Below, piece after piece: positions 15,946-24,044 of a stretch of DNA of 32,000 bases (position 1 is its first letter; every line of letters starts with the position of its first letter). The stretch is taken from NCBI RefSeq assembly GCF_002335805.1, contig NZ_NISU01000002.1, positions 488,843 to 520,842 on the forward strand. The letters run 5' to 3'. A model generated the notes under the pieces. That model was not told where the DNA came from and did no database searches. It saw only the letters and a list, made by a program, of their open reading frames with translations. Position numbers and translations under genes: made by a program. The stretch is from Bacillus sp. FJAT-45350. Lineage in GTDB: Bacteria > Bacillota > Bacilli > Bacillales > NISU01.

Positions 15946-17130
15946 TTGTTTGAATTTATCATACCAGTAATTTCCGCACTACTTGTTTTCTTACTACTTG
16001 TTTTCATACCTTTAAAAATTAGTACAAAAATGTTAGTACAGATCGTCTTTATTTCGTTTTTAATGATCGTGCTTTCCTATCTATTATATGTGCTATATTC
16101 TTTTGCGTTTGCTTTTGGAGGATTCCTTATCCTATTACTCTTGTTTTCTTATATCATAGGCAAGCAGTTAGATTATGCGAAGAATTTTATTGAAGCAGAT
16201 GAGTCTGAGTTTTTTCAGAAAACAGAAAAATTAACAATACAGACTTCTGAATCGAAAGAAGAAAACGTATCAAGTGGAAAATTGGATCAAAAGAAGATTG
16301 ATTTGATGTTTAGTGAGGCTCCAGGTGAGGATAAAGTCACTACTGATAAAACAGAACATGATGAAGAGCATAATACTCATGAAGATAGTTCTGATGTGGA
16401 TTCGTTAGCAGAAGAAGATATCCATAAAGAACCAGTAGAATTGGGTAGCCTAGGTTATGATAAAATTGATAGTGATACAGACGATAAATTAGATGAGTAT
16501 AAATTAGACATTGATGATCAACAGGGAATGGATTCTATACAAGAAGAGCCATCAGGGGACCTTAACGAAAATCAATTCAACAAGATAGAGCAGGACGATA
16601 ATGACTATAACGTTAGCGAAAAAGATTTGAATGAACATGATAGCGTAGAAGAAGAGAAGCTTAATGACGGGTTCCTTCGAGTTCCTTCAGAAGAGTTCCT
16701 AGAGGAAAGTGGAGAGTTTGATAGTGGTGAACAGGAAATTGAAGATATTTATCATTCACGTTCTAGAGAAATGTTTATTAGTGATGAAAATGATGAAGGT
16801 GATGAGGATTCACTCATGCCTCGTTCATTAGAAGAAGAGGACGATGATGAAACTACTTTATTAGGAAGGCAGTTTGCTGATGAAGGCGAATCACTTCCGC
16901 CAAGAATAAGCTCTGAATTAGATGAACTTGATGAAATACCTGCAAGTGAGCGGAATATAGAAAAAATGTTAGAAGATCTTGAATCGGGTGAAAAAGAGGT
17001 AGAGCCTGAAAAGAATAATACTCATCCAAAAAAAGAGGAAATAGATGATTTAGGGAACAGTATTATGTTGAAACGTAGTGAGTTATTTGCACAATTAGAA
17101 GAAGATGAAGATGAGAAAAAACGTAGGTAA
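15946..17130 (+). CDS. membrane-anchored, extremely acidic (D/E-rich) low-complexity protein (394 aa)
   Basis: TTG start 5 nt after GAAGAGGTG. Two to three N-terminal TM helices are followed by about 300 aa dominated by D/E/S/K with no recognisable fold. First gene of the plus-strand pilus operon. Confidence 0.7.
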   Translation: MFEFIIPVISALLVFLLLVFIPLKISTKMLVQIVFISFLMIVLSYLLYVLYSFAFAFGGFLILLLLFSYIIGKQLDYAKNFIEADESEFFQKTEKLTIQTSESKEENVSSGKLDQKKIDLMFSEAPGEDKVTTDKTEHDEEHNTHEDSSDVDSLAEEDIHKEPVELGSLGYDKIDSDTDDKLDEYKLDIDDQQGMDSIQEEPSGDLNENQFNKIEQDDNDYNVSEKDLNEHDSVEEEKLNDGFLRVPSEEFLEESGEFDSGEQEIEDIYHSRSREMFISDENDEGDEDSLMPRSLEEEDDDETTLLGRQFADEGESLPPRISSELDELDEIPASERNIEKMLEDLESGEKEVEPEKNNTHPKKEEIDDLGNSIMLKRSELFAQLEEDEDEKKRR

Positions 17131-17142
17131 GGGTGTGAAGCT

Positions 17143-18663
17143 GTGGGGCAGTCAAGCTCATTTGTTAAAGTGTTTCTGCTATTATTTATAAGCAGTTTTG
17201 CTATTTTCTCCTTCTCATTAGGCGGTACGTGGGCTTATGAGAGGTTTTTTAAGCCTGAAGAATTTCTGCCTAGAAGTGCGATGGTTGGAGGGATACAAGT
17301 AGGGGATATACGAATCTCAGAAGCAGAAGCAATAGTAACAGAAGCCATTATAGAATGGGAAAGAGAAGCTGATATTCGATTTTATTTCTTAGATGAGCAA
17401 GTATCACTATCACCGAGCTTAATCGAATTCCTAACGTCTGAAAGTGTACAAATAGCCAAAAACACTGGAAAAGCAGAAATAATCCCTATAATAAACAGAG
17501 CAACCTTAGAACAGGTTATTGAAGAAATCAAATATGATGAAATTAAAAACGCAGTTAATTATGACAACTTAAGAGAAGAGTTAGAAAATCAATTACAATC
17601 TTTAGCTAATAGCGAAGTTTATATTAACCTAAATGACTTCTTAAAAGATGGGTATCAATTAAAAGAAGAAGTAGTTGCCGAAACTACTATTTCAACTGAA
17701 GCTCCTCTATTTCTATTAAATTGGATAAATGCACTTGATGGAGCAATTATTGAACCGAGAGAACAGTTTTCATTATTAAAAACTCTAGAGGAAAAAGGAC
17801 AAGGTCCTATGAAAAGTGAAGCGTTAAATGTCCTTGCGGCTGGAGTTTATCAAACCTTAATGCAAACGAACTTCACATTGCTTGAACGTCATATTGGAAG
17901 AACTCTACCGAGCTATGTAGAGGTAGGCTTTGATGCAATTGCCGTACCAGGTTCAATGGATTTAAAGTTTTTTAACTCGAATTACTATCCTTATGAATTA
18001 AATCTATCGTATGAAAATGGTCAGGTTGCTATAAGTGTTGTCGGTTTTTCATTTTTATATGAATATGAAATAATAACTGAGGATCGACGAACAATTGAGC
18101 CAAGAACTATTGTTCAGTTTTCAAAGGATAGAAGGATTGGAGACCGTCAGAAAATACGTAATGGTCAAGAGGGTCATTTTGTAGAAGTGTATAGAGTTAG
18201 TAAAAGAAATGACAATATTGTTTCTGAAACTAGGGTAGCTGAAGATTATTATCCCCCAGTACACCACGTTGAGGAATGGAGTTTATACGAAAGACCTGAA
18301 GAATTTGATGATGAAGAACTCGAAGAACTAGATGAGTTTGAAGAATACGATGAATACAATGATTTTGATGAGCGTGAGGATGGTAATGGTCAAAATCAAC
18401 AAAACAATGAGAACTCACAGAGTAATGAAGGTTCACAGAGTAATGGTAGTTCACAGAATAATAGTGGCTCCTTTTGGGGTAATGAAGGAAATAACGGAAA
18501 TAACGCAACTAATGAAAATAACGGTCAACCGTCAGTAGAAGATAATGAAAACCAAGAAAGAAATGTTAAGTGGTGGGAGCTTGATGAGAAAGATAAAATT
18601 CAAGGAATACCAACACCATATAACGATATCTATGAATACATTAGAAAGTATTACTCCAATTAG
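17143..18663 (+). CDS. VanW-like domain protein with N-terminal TM helix and acidic/N-Q-S-rich tail (506 aa)
   Basis: LLERHIGRTLPSYVEVGFDAIAVPGSMDLKFFNSNYYPYEL...GQVAISVVG matches the VanW core (ERH..LP.YV..G.DA.V...DLKF.N). GTG start. The tail has EEFDDEELEELDEFEEYDEYNDFDE and NSQSNEGSQSNGSSQNNSG. Confidence 0.7.
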   Translation: MGQSSSFVKVFLLLFISSFAIFSFSLGGTWAYERFFKPEEFLPRSAMVGGIQVGDIRISEAEAIVTEAIIEWEREADIRFYFLDEQVSLSPSLIEFLTSESVQIAKNTGKAEIIPIINRATLEQVIEEIKYDEIKNAVNYDNLREELENQLQSLANSEVYINLNDFLKDGYQLKEEVVAETTISTEAPLFLLNWINALDGAIIEPREQFSLLKTLEEKGQGPMKSEALNVLAAGVYQTLMQTNFTLLERHIGRTLPSYVEVGFDAIAVPGSMDLKFFNSNYYPYELNLSYENGQVAISVVGFSFLYEYEIITEDRRTIEPRTIVQFSKDRRIGDRQKIRNGQEGHFVEVYRVSKRNDNIVSETRVAEDYYPPVHHVEEWSLYERPEEFDDEELEELDEFEEYDEYNDFDEREDGNGQNQQNNENSQSNEGSQSNGSSQNNSGSFWGNEGNNGNNATNENNGQPSVEDNENQERNVKWWELDEKDKIQGIPTPYNDIYEYIRKYYSN

Positions 18664-18674
18664 GAGGGGTTACG

Positions 18675-20330
18675 ATGGCGCAAAAAAGGAAGCGTTTAGG
18701 TGACTTATTAGTTGATGCAGGGCTTATTACTGATAAACAATTACAAGAAGCACTTAGTACGAAAAAAGATGGTCAAAAGCTAGGGGATGCCCTATTAGAA
18801 CGTGACTATATCACGGAGCAGCAGTTAATTGAAGTATTAGAATTTCAATTGGGTATTCCTCACATTAGCTTACATCGATACCCTATTGATTCAGATGTCT
18901 TAAAAATCGTCTCAAAAGACTTTGCCCGTCGTAATTTATTGATGCCTCTAAAGAAAGAGGGGAATCAATTATTTGTTGCGATGGCTGATCCGATGGATTA
19001 TTTTTCAATTGATGATTTGCGAATGGCTACTGGGTTTCATGTGGAAACTGCGATTGCAGCAAAGGAAGAAATCATAACGGCTATAGAAAAACATTATAAT
19101 TTGGATGAGTCATTAAGTGAATTTGAGATGGATGAGCAAGAGGTAACGGCTGTTGCTGAAGGGGATATGGACGACGCCCCAGTGATCAAGCTTGTGAATC
19201 AAGTGTTAAAAGTAGGCTTAATAAACAAATCCAGTGATATTCACATTGATCCGCAGGAAAAGAAAGTATTAATTCGCTATCGTGTAGATGGTGTGTTAAA
19301 AACAGAACGTGCTCTTCCAAAGAGTGTTCAAAATTCACTTATTGCTCGTGTGAAAATCATGGCAAACCTAAATATTACTGAAAACCGCCTCCCCCAGGAT
19401 GGACGTATTAAAGTAAATATTGACCTACGACCAGTTGATTTACGTATATCCACTTTGCCAACAGTTTATGGTGAAAAGATTGTTATTCGTATTCTGGACT
19501 TAGGTGGGGCATTAAATAGAATCTCACAGCTAGGCTTTAATAAATTAAATCTTGAAAAATTTATGAAAATGATTGAACAGCCATCAGGGTTAATTTTAAT
19601 TACAGGTCCAACAGGTTCCGGTAAATCATCTACCTTGTATGCTGCCCTTAATCATTTAAATACAGAAAGCGTTAATATTATTACAGTTGAAGACCCGGTT
19701 GAATATCAAGTGGAAGGTATTAATCAAGTTCAAGTAAATTCAAGTATTGGGTTAACATTTGCTGCAGGACTTCGATCTATCTTGCGACAAGATCCGAATA
19801 TCGTCATGGTCGGGGAGATTCGTGACTCAGAAACAGCAGAAATCGCTATTCGTGCATCATTAACTGGACATGTTGTTTTAAGTACACTTCATACAAATAG
19901 TGCGATAGCAACGATTCCACGTCTGATTGACATGGATATTGAGCCATATCTTGTTGTGTCTTCATTATCTGGAGTTGTAGCACAACGACTTGTAAGGAGA
20001 ATTTGTACAAGTTGTAAAGAAGAGAATGAACCGACTGAAATGGAAGTCAATTTGTTTAAAAAGCGTGGTATGAAACCTGGTAAAGTATATAAAGGGAAAG
20101 GTTGCCCTTTATGTAATGATACTGGATATAAAGGACGATTAGCGATTCAAGAAATATTAGTCGTTGATGATGAAATTCGTCAAATGATGATGAATAACAA
20201 ATCAATCACTTCAATTAGAGATTACGCACTTAGGAGCGGAATGATATTCTTAGTCGATGACGGCTTATTAAAGGCGAAACAAGGGTTTACGACTATTGAA
20301 GAGGTATTGCGTGTTGCTTTAGATGAGTAA
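18675..20330 (+). CDS. pilB: type IV pilus assembly ATPase PilB (GspE family) with N-terminal MshEN-type domain
   Basis: AGGAGGGG RBS. Walker A GPTGSGKSS, the Asp box, His box and Walker B (VMVGEIRD). Tetracysteine CTSC...CPLC. The N-terminus is RLGDLLVDAGLITDKQLQEALSTK + KLGDALLERDYITEQQLIEVLEFQ. Confidence 0.95.
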   Translation: MAQKRKRLGDLLVDAGLITDKQLQEALSTKKDGQKLGDALLERDYITEQQLIEVLEFQLGIPHISLHRYPIDSDVLKIVSKDFARRNLLMPLKKEGNQLFVAMADPMDYFSIDDLRMATGFHVETAIAAKEEIITAIEKHYNLDESLSEFEMDEQEVTAVAEGDMDDAPVIKLVNQVLKVGLINKSSDIHIDPQEKKVLIRYRVDGVLKTERALPKSVQNSLIARVKIMANLNITENRLPQDGRIKVNIDLRPVDLRISTLPTVYGEKIVIRILDLGGALNRISQLGFNKLNLEKFMKMIEQPSGLILITGPTGSGKSSTLYAALNHLNTESVNIITVEDPVEYQVEGINQVQVNSSIGLTFAAGLRSILRQDPNIVMVGEIRDSETAEIAIRASLTGHVVLSTLHTNSAIATIPRLIDMDIEPYLVVSSLSGVVAQRLVRRICTSCKEENEPTEMEVNLFKKRGMKPGKVYKGKGCPLCNDTGYKGRLAIQEILVVDDEIRQMMMNNKSITSIRDYALRSGMIFLVDDGLLKAKQGFTTIEEVLRVALDE

Positions 20331-20345
20331 GAGGGGGAAATGTTG

Positions 20346-21386
20346 ATGAAAGAGCGTCTAGACAAACTATTAACAGATGCTTTTAAGTTAGGGGCATCAG
20401 ATATTCACTTAACAGTCGGTGTACCTCCAGTTCTTCGGATAAATGGAGAGTTAAAGCAATATGGAAAAGAGATTTTAAAACCTAAAGACACAGAAGCAAT
20501 GGCAAAAGCAATTATCTCAGATGTTCTTTGGAAAGCCTTTCAAAAAAAGGGCGAGCTAGACTTCTCACATGGAATCCCAGGCATATCTCGTTTCCGTGTA
20601 AACTCTTATTTTCAACGTTCATGTGTAAGTTTGGCTATAAGGGTCGTACCAACGACAATCCCGACATTAGAAGATTTAAAGATGCCATCTGTCCTGCAAA
20701 ATATCGCTAAAAAACCACAAGGGCTAGTTTTAGTAACAGGACCAACGGGTAGTGGTAAATCAACGACTCTTGCAGCTATGATTGCCTATATTAACGAGAC
20801 AATGAAGAAGCATATTATTACATTAGAAGATCCAATTGAGTATTTACACAAACACAAAAACTCAATTATTGACCAGCGTGAAATCGGATTTGATACACAA
20901 AACTTTGCAAATGGTCTTCGTGGATGTTTACGTCAGGACCCTGATATTATTCTAGTTGGTGAGATGAGAGACTTAGAAACAATCTCTATCGCGATAACTG
21001 CAGCTGAAACTGGTCATCTAGTATTCGGTACACTTCATACGACAGACGCACCAGCAACAATTGATCGTATTATCGATGTCTTCCCACCAGAACAACAGCC
21101 ACAAGTAAGAATACAACTTGCGAGTGTTTTAGGAGCTGTGATTTCTCAGCGCCTATTTAAAACAGCAGACGGAAAAGGTCGCAGAGCAGCAACCGAAATC
21201 TTAGTAAATAATTCAGCTGTAAAAAATCTAATTAGAAATGAAAAGATTCACCAGATTCATAGTGTCTTACAAACAAGTAAAGCAGCAGGAATGCACACCC
21301 TTGAAATGTCGATAAAAGAGTTATTAGAACAAAATGTAATTACTGATGAAGTTGCTGCACCATTTTTAAGTGAGAAGGGAAGCTAA
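20346..21386 (+). CDS. pilT: type IV pilus retraction (twitching) ATPase PilT
   Basis: Walker A GPTGSGKST, ILVGEMRD, and the PilT signature AVKNLIRNEKIHQI. The track start is 20340, but ATG 20346 is 8 nt after GAGGGGG. Confidence 0.95.
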   Translation: MKERLDKLLTDAFKLGASDIHLTVGVPPVLRINGELKQYGKEILKPKDTEAMAKAIISDVLWKAFQKKGELDFSHGIPGISRFRVNSYFQRSCVSLAIRVVPTTIPTLEDLKMPSVLQNIAKKPQGLVLVTGPTGSGKSTTLAAMIAYINETMKKHIITLEDPIEYLHKHKNSIIDQREIGFDTQNFANGLRGCLRQDPDIILVGEMRDLETISIAITAAETGHLVFGTLHTTDAPATIDRIIDVFPPEQQPQVRIQLASVLGAVISQRLFKTADGKGRRAATEILVNNSAVKNLIRNEKIHQIHSVLQTSKAAGMHTLEMSIKELLEQNVITDEVAAPFLSEKGS

Positions 21387-22591
21387 TGGCACTTTATCAA
21401 TATACAGGAAAACATTTTCAAGGGCGAACAGTCAAAGGTAAGATGAAAGCTGATTCGGAAAAAGATGTCCAAACAACATTGGCTAGCAAAGGGATTAAAA
21501 TCACTGAAGTTGAGGAAGTAAAAAGCCTTCTTCATAAAGAAATTACAATTGGTGAACGAGTAAAATCTCAAGATTTTGTAATTTATTTGAGGCAATTTGC
21601 CACATTGCTACAAGCAGGTATATCTGTTGTCGATACAACGAATATACTAGCAGACCAAACAAATAGTAAGTTGTTAAAAAAGATTTTAAAAGAAATCGAA
21701 GGAGAGCTACAAGCAGGCCGACCATTTTCAGAAGCAGCAGAAAAACACCGTAAAGTGTTTCCATCATTATTTATCAATATGGTAAAGGCAGGGGAAGCAG
21801 GTGGTAATCTAGATGAAATTCTAGACCGAATGGCTATTTACTTTGAAAAGCAACATAAAACAAAGCAAAAGGTCATGTCAGCTATGTCTTATCCACTTGT
21901 CGTAGGTGGGATTGCTGCGGTGATTGTTTTCTTCTTACTTACATTTGTTGTTCCGACGTTTGCTGATATGTTTGCTTCCTTTGGTTCTGAGTTACCGATG
22001 ATTACTCAAATTGTCATGAATGCCGGAGAAATATTTAAATCATTTTGGTGGCTCATTATATTAGCTGTAATCGGTTCGATCTTATTGCTTAAGTTTATTC
22101 GAGATAACAAAGCTACTAAATATTATTTTGATTATGCATTATTACGCATACCTATATTTGGGAAGCTATTGCAAAAGGCAGCACTTGCACGTATGACTAG
22201 AACATTAAGTTCACTCTTTTCTAGTTCTGTACCAATCTTGCAAGCTGTATCAATTGTGGAAAAAATTGTTGGGAACGAAGTACTAGCTAAGGTTATCCGT
22301 CAATCACGCGTCTCATTAGAAAAAGGGGAATCGATTGCAGGACCAATGCAAAAACATTGGGCGTTTCCACCACTAGTCACTCAGATGATATCAGTCGGAG
22401 AAAAAACGGGGGCACTTGATACGATGCTTGAGAAAGTAGCTGATTTCTATGAAGACGAGGTTGACGCAGCAACAGACCAAGTCAAATCGTTAATTGAGCC
22501 ATTAATGATTGTCGTTCTGGCTGGAGTTGTTGGAACGATCGTTGCTTCCATTGCCATTCCGATGTTCCAAATTTTTGATAGTGTTGGGTAA
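21386..22591 (+). CDS. pilC: type IV pilus platform protein PilC (GspF family, two T2SSF repeats)
   Basis: Duplicated T2SSF-type segments (FIRQFATLLQAGISV... / MTRTLSSLFSSSVPIL...) and 3 TM regions. TAATG overlap with pilT. Confidence 0.9.
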   Translation: MALYQYTGKHFQGRTVKGKMKADSEKDVQTTLASKGIKITEVEEVKSLLHKEITIGERVKSQDFVIYLRQFATLLQAGISVVDTTNILADQTNSKLLKKILKEIEGELQAGRPFSEAAEKHRKVFPSLFINMVKAGEAGGNLDEILDRMAIYFEKQHKTKQKVMSAMSYPLVVGGIAAVIVFFLLTFVVPTFADMFASFGSELPMITQIVMNAGEIFKSFWWLIILAVIGSILLLKFIRDNKATKYYFDYALLRIPIFGKLLQKAALARMTRTLSSLFSSSVPILQAVSIVEKIVGNEVLAKVIRQSRVSLEKGESIAGPMQKHWAFPPLVTQMISVGEKTGALDTMLEKVADFYEDEVDAATDQVKSLIEPLMIVVLAGVVGTIVASIAIPMFQIFDSVG

Positions 22592-22727
22592 GGAAATGAA
22601 ATAGGTAAATTGATTCAAGGATAGTTGATTATTTGTTGATTAATTACAATTAATTGCGATAATCAGTTAAAATTGTGACTAATTTCCCATGCTTGAGTAA
22701 TGTAGGTATGGTACTATTAGGTTGTAA

Positions 22728-22800
22728 ATAAATAGGATGCGATGAAGGGGAATCTGTATGTGGGCACTTGGATTACCTAGAGCAAGTAGTGCAACCGGCC
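22728..22800 (+). promoter_or_regulatory. c-di-GMP-II-type riboswitch aptamer, copy 1 (upstream of pilA)
   Basis: ...gatgaagggg...tgtGGGCACTTGGattacctagagCAAGTAGTGCAACCGGCC carries the blocks I recall as the c-di-GMP-II core (UGGGCACUUG-hairpin-AGUAGUGCAACCGACC). It is about 70 percent identical to a second copy at 24568-24640, and the internal hairpin is preserved (cttg/caag versus cttg/cgag). Confidence 0.7.
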
Positions 22801-22836
22801 AATTTTGTATACTGATACGAAGTTGGTTATTTTTTG
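22799..22836 (+). terminator. expression-platform terminator of riboswitch copy 1
   Basis: ccaattttgtat / atacgaagttgg forms a 12-bp stem (2 G-U pairs) with a 4-nt loop, then ttatttttt. The 5' arm starts inside the last aptamer nucleotides. Confidence 0.7.
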
Positions 22837-22914
22837 TTATTGCTTGTCCTATTCAAGCATACTATTATAAAAATATAGAAATAAAAAATGAATGAATTAT
22901 GAGGAGGAAGGGTT

Positions 22915-23454
22915 TTGTTAAAGAAAATGAAAGTTTTAAAGAATGAGAGAGGTTTGACACTTGTTGAGCTTTTGGCAGTAGTTGTTATTTTGGGGATTAT
23001 TGCCGCGATAGCGGTGCCGGCAGTAGGAAGTATTATTGATAATAGTAAGAAGGATGCACATGTGGCTAATGGTTTGCAGGCTATTAATTCTGCGAGGTTA
23101 GCAATTGCTACGGAGTCTACATTACAACCTACAGGAACGAATGTTACTATTATTCCATTAGGTTATTTATTAAAAGAGGGCTTGATTGAATCTATCACTA
23201 GTCCTGATAACAGTAAACAGTACGCTACAACAGAAACTGATGTTACAGCTAAAAATGTTGCTACTGCTACACTACCTGCTGAATCGTATGTACGTATAAC
23301 TAGTACTTCTGGTGGTTTTAATTATGAAGTATATTTACTTGGAGATAATAGTGGCACTGCTAAGTCAAGACATCTGGGTGAACAAAATACTCCAGCCACT
23401 GAAACTACTTTAAAAGGAGATAATTCAACAAAAAGAGCCACAGTAAAAAATTAA
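22915..23454 (+). CDS. pilA: major type IV pilin (179 aa precursor)
   Basis: TTG start about 8 nt after GAGGAGGAAGGG. Class III signal MLKKMKVLKNERG/LTLVELLAVVVILGIIAAIAVP. It is the only pilin gene on the plus strand and follows pilBTC and a riboswitch. Confidence 0.85.
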   Translation: MLKKMKVLKNERGLTLVELLAVVVILGIIAAIAVPAVGSIIDNSKKDAHVANGLQAINSARLAIATESTLQPTGTNVTIIPLGYLLKEGLIESITSPDNSKQYATTETDVTAKNVATATLPAESYVRITSTSGGFNYEVYLLGDNSGTAKSRHLGEQNTPATETTLKGDNSTKRATVKN

Positions 23455-23598
23455 AGAATAAAAGAATAGGTCCATAAAACAAAGGTACCAGTTACCTCAA
23501 AAAGACAAAAGTCATGGTTATTCCACATGAGGTGGACATAGCAAAGTACTAAAAATTATAGATTGAGATAAAGACTTAGTAGTAAGTAGGTCTTTATC

Positions 23599-23770
23599 TG
23601 GTGTCAGACACTAAATATAGACAAAACGGCTGATTTTTTCCATGTAGTATGGACAGTTATATAAATAGAGTGAACGAAATAGATATATGGTGTCAGACAC
23701 CAGATATAGACAAAATAGCTGATTTTTCCATGTAGTAGGGACAGTTATAAATAGAGTGAACGAAAGACCA
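23599..23770 (+). repeat. 89-bp tandem direct duplication (2 copies)
   Basis: Copy 1 starts at 23599 and copy 2 at 23688 (tggtgtcagacac[t/c]a[a/g]atatagacaaaa[cg/ta]gctgattttt(t)ccatgtagta[t/g]ggacagtta(ta)taaatagagtgaacgaaa). Each begins with the palindrome GGTGTCAGACAC(C). Confidence 0.85.
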
Positions 23771-23796
23771 ACTAGAATTCTAGTTGGTCTTTCGTT
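23759..23796. terminator. perfect 34-38-nt palindrome, probable terminator of the pilA transcript
   Basis: aacgaaagaccaactagaattctagttggtctttcgtt forms a stem of about 17 bp, followed by tag. It is symmetric, so it could act on either strand. Confidence 0.6.
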
Positions 23797-24000
23797 TAGA
23801 AGTAAAATAGGTACTAGGTACCAAGATAAGAAAAAAACTTGAGATTTTCCACATGAGTTGGACAGATTTGAATCTACTAGTTCTTTGTCTATTTTATATT
23901 TTAATTATTTGTCTACGAACTATAGATTGTACAATAAAATTGGCAACTCCATATTAATAAATGTATATTAAGATTTTGATATATCATTCATAAGCCCCCA

Positions 24001-24029
24001 TCGACAACTTACATATCCTGTAATATAAT
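24001..24029 (+). promoter_or_regulatory. candidate sigmaA promoter upstream of the 24045 ORF
   Basis: TCGACA (24001-24006), a 17-nt spacer, then TATAAT (24024-24029). Confidence 0.4.
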
Positions 24030-24044
24030 CAAGTTATCGAGCAC

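Noticed and set aside
18230-18538. 92-aa minus-strand and 68-aa plus-strand ORFs
   Set aside because: They arise from the repetitive, low-complexity 3' part of the VanW-like gene. Their His/Tyr/Val-rich translations are frame artefacts.
21383-21777. 70-, 74- and 64-aa minus-strand ORFs
   Set aside because: They lie antisense to the 5' part of pilC, with no independent support.
22640-22670. AT-rich palindrome TTAATTACAATTAA after pilC as a terminator
   Set aside because: The stem is AT-only, very short, and has no U-tract. It is not convincing as a terminator or an operator.
23599-23770. Possible CRISPR array
   Set aside because: There are only two directly abutting 89-bp copies with no unique spacers, and no cas genes in the window. 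It is a tandem duplication.
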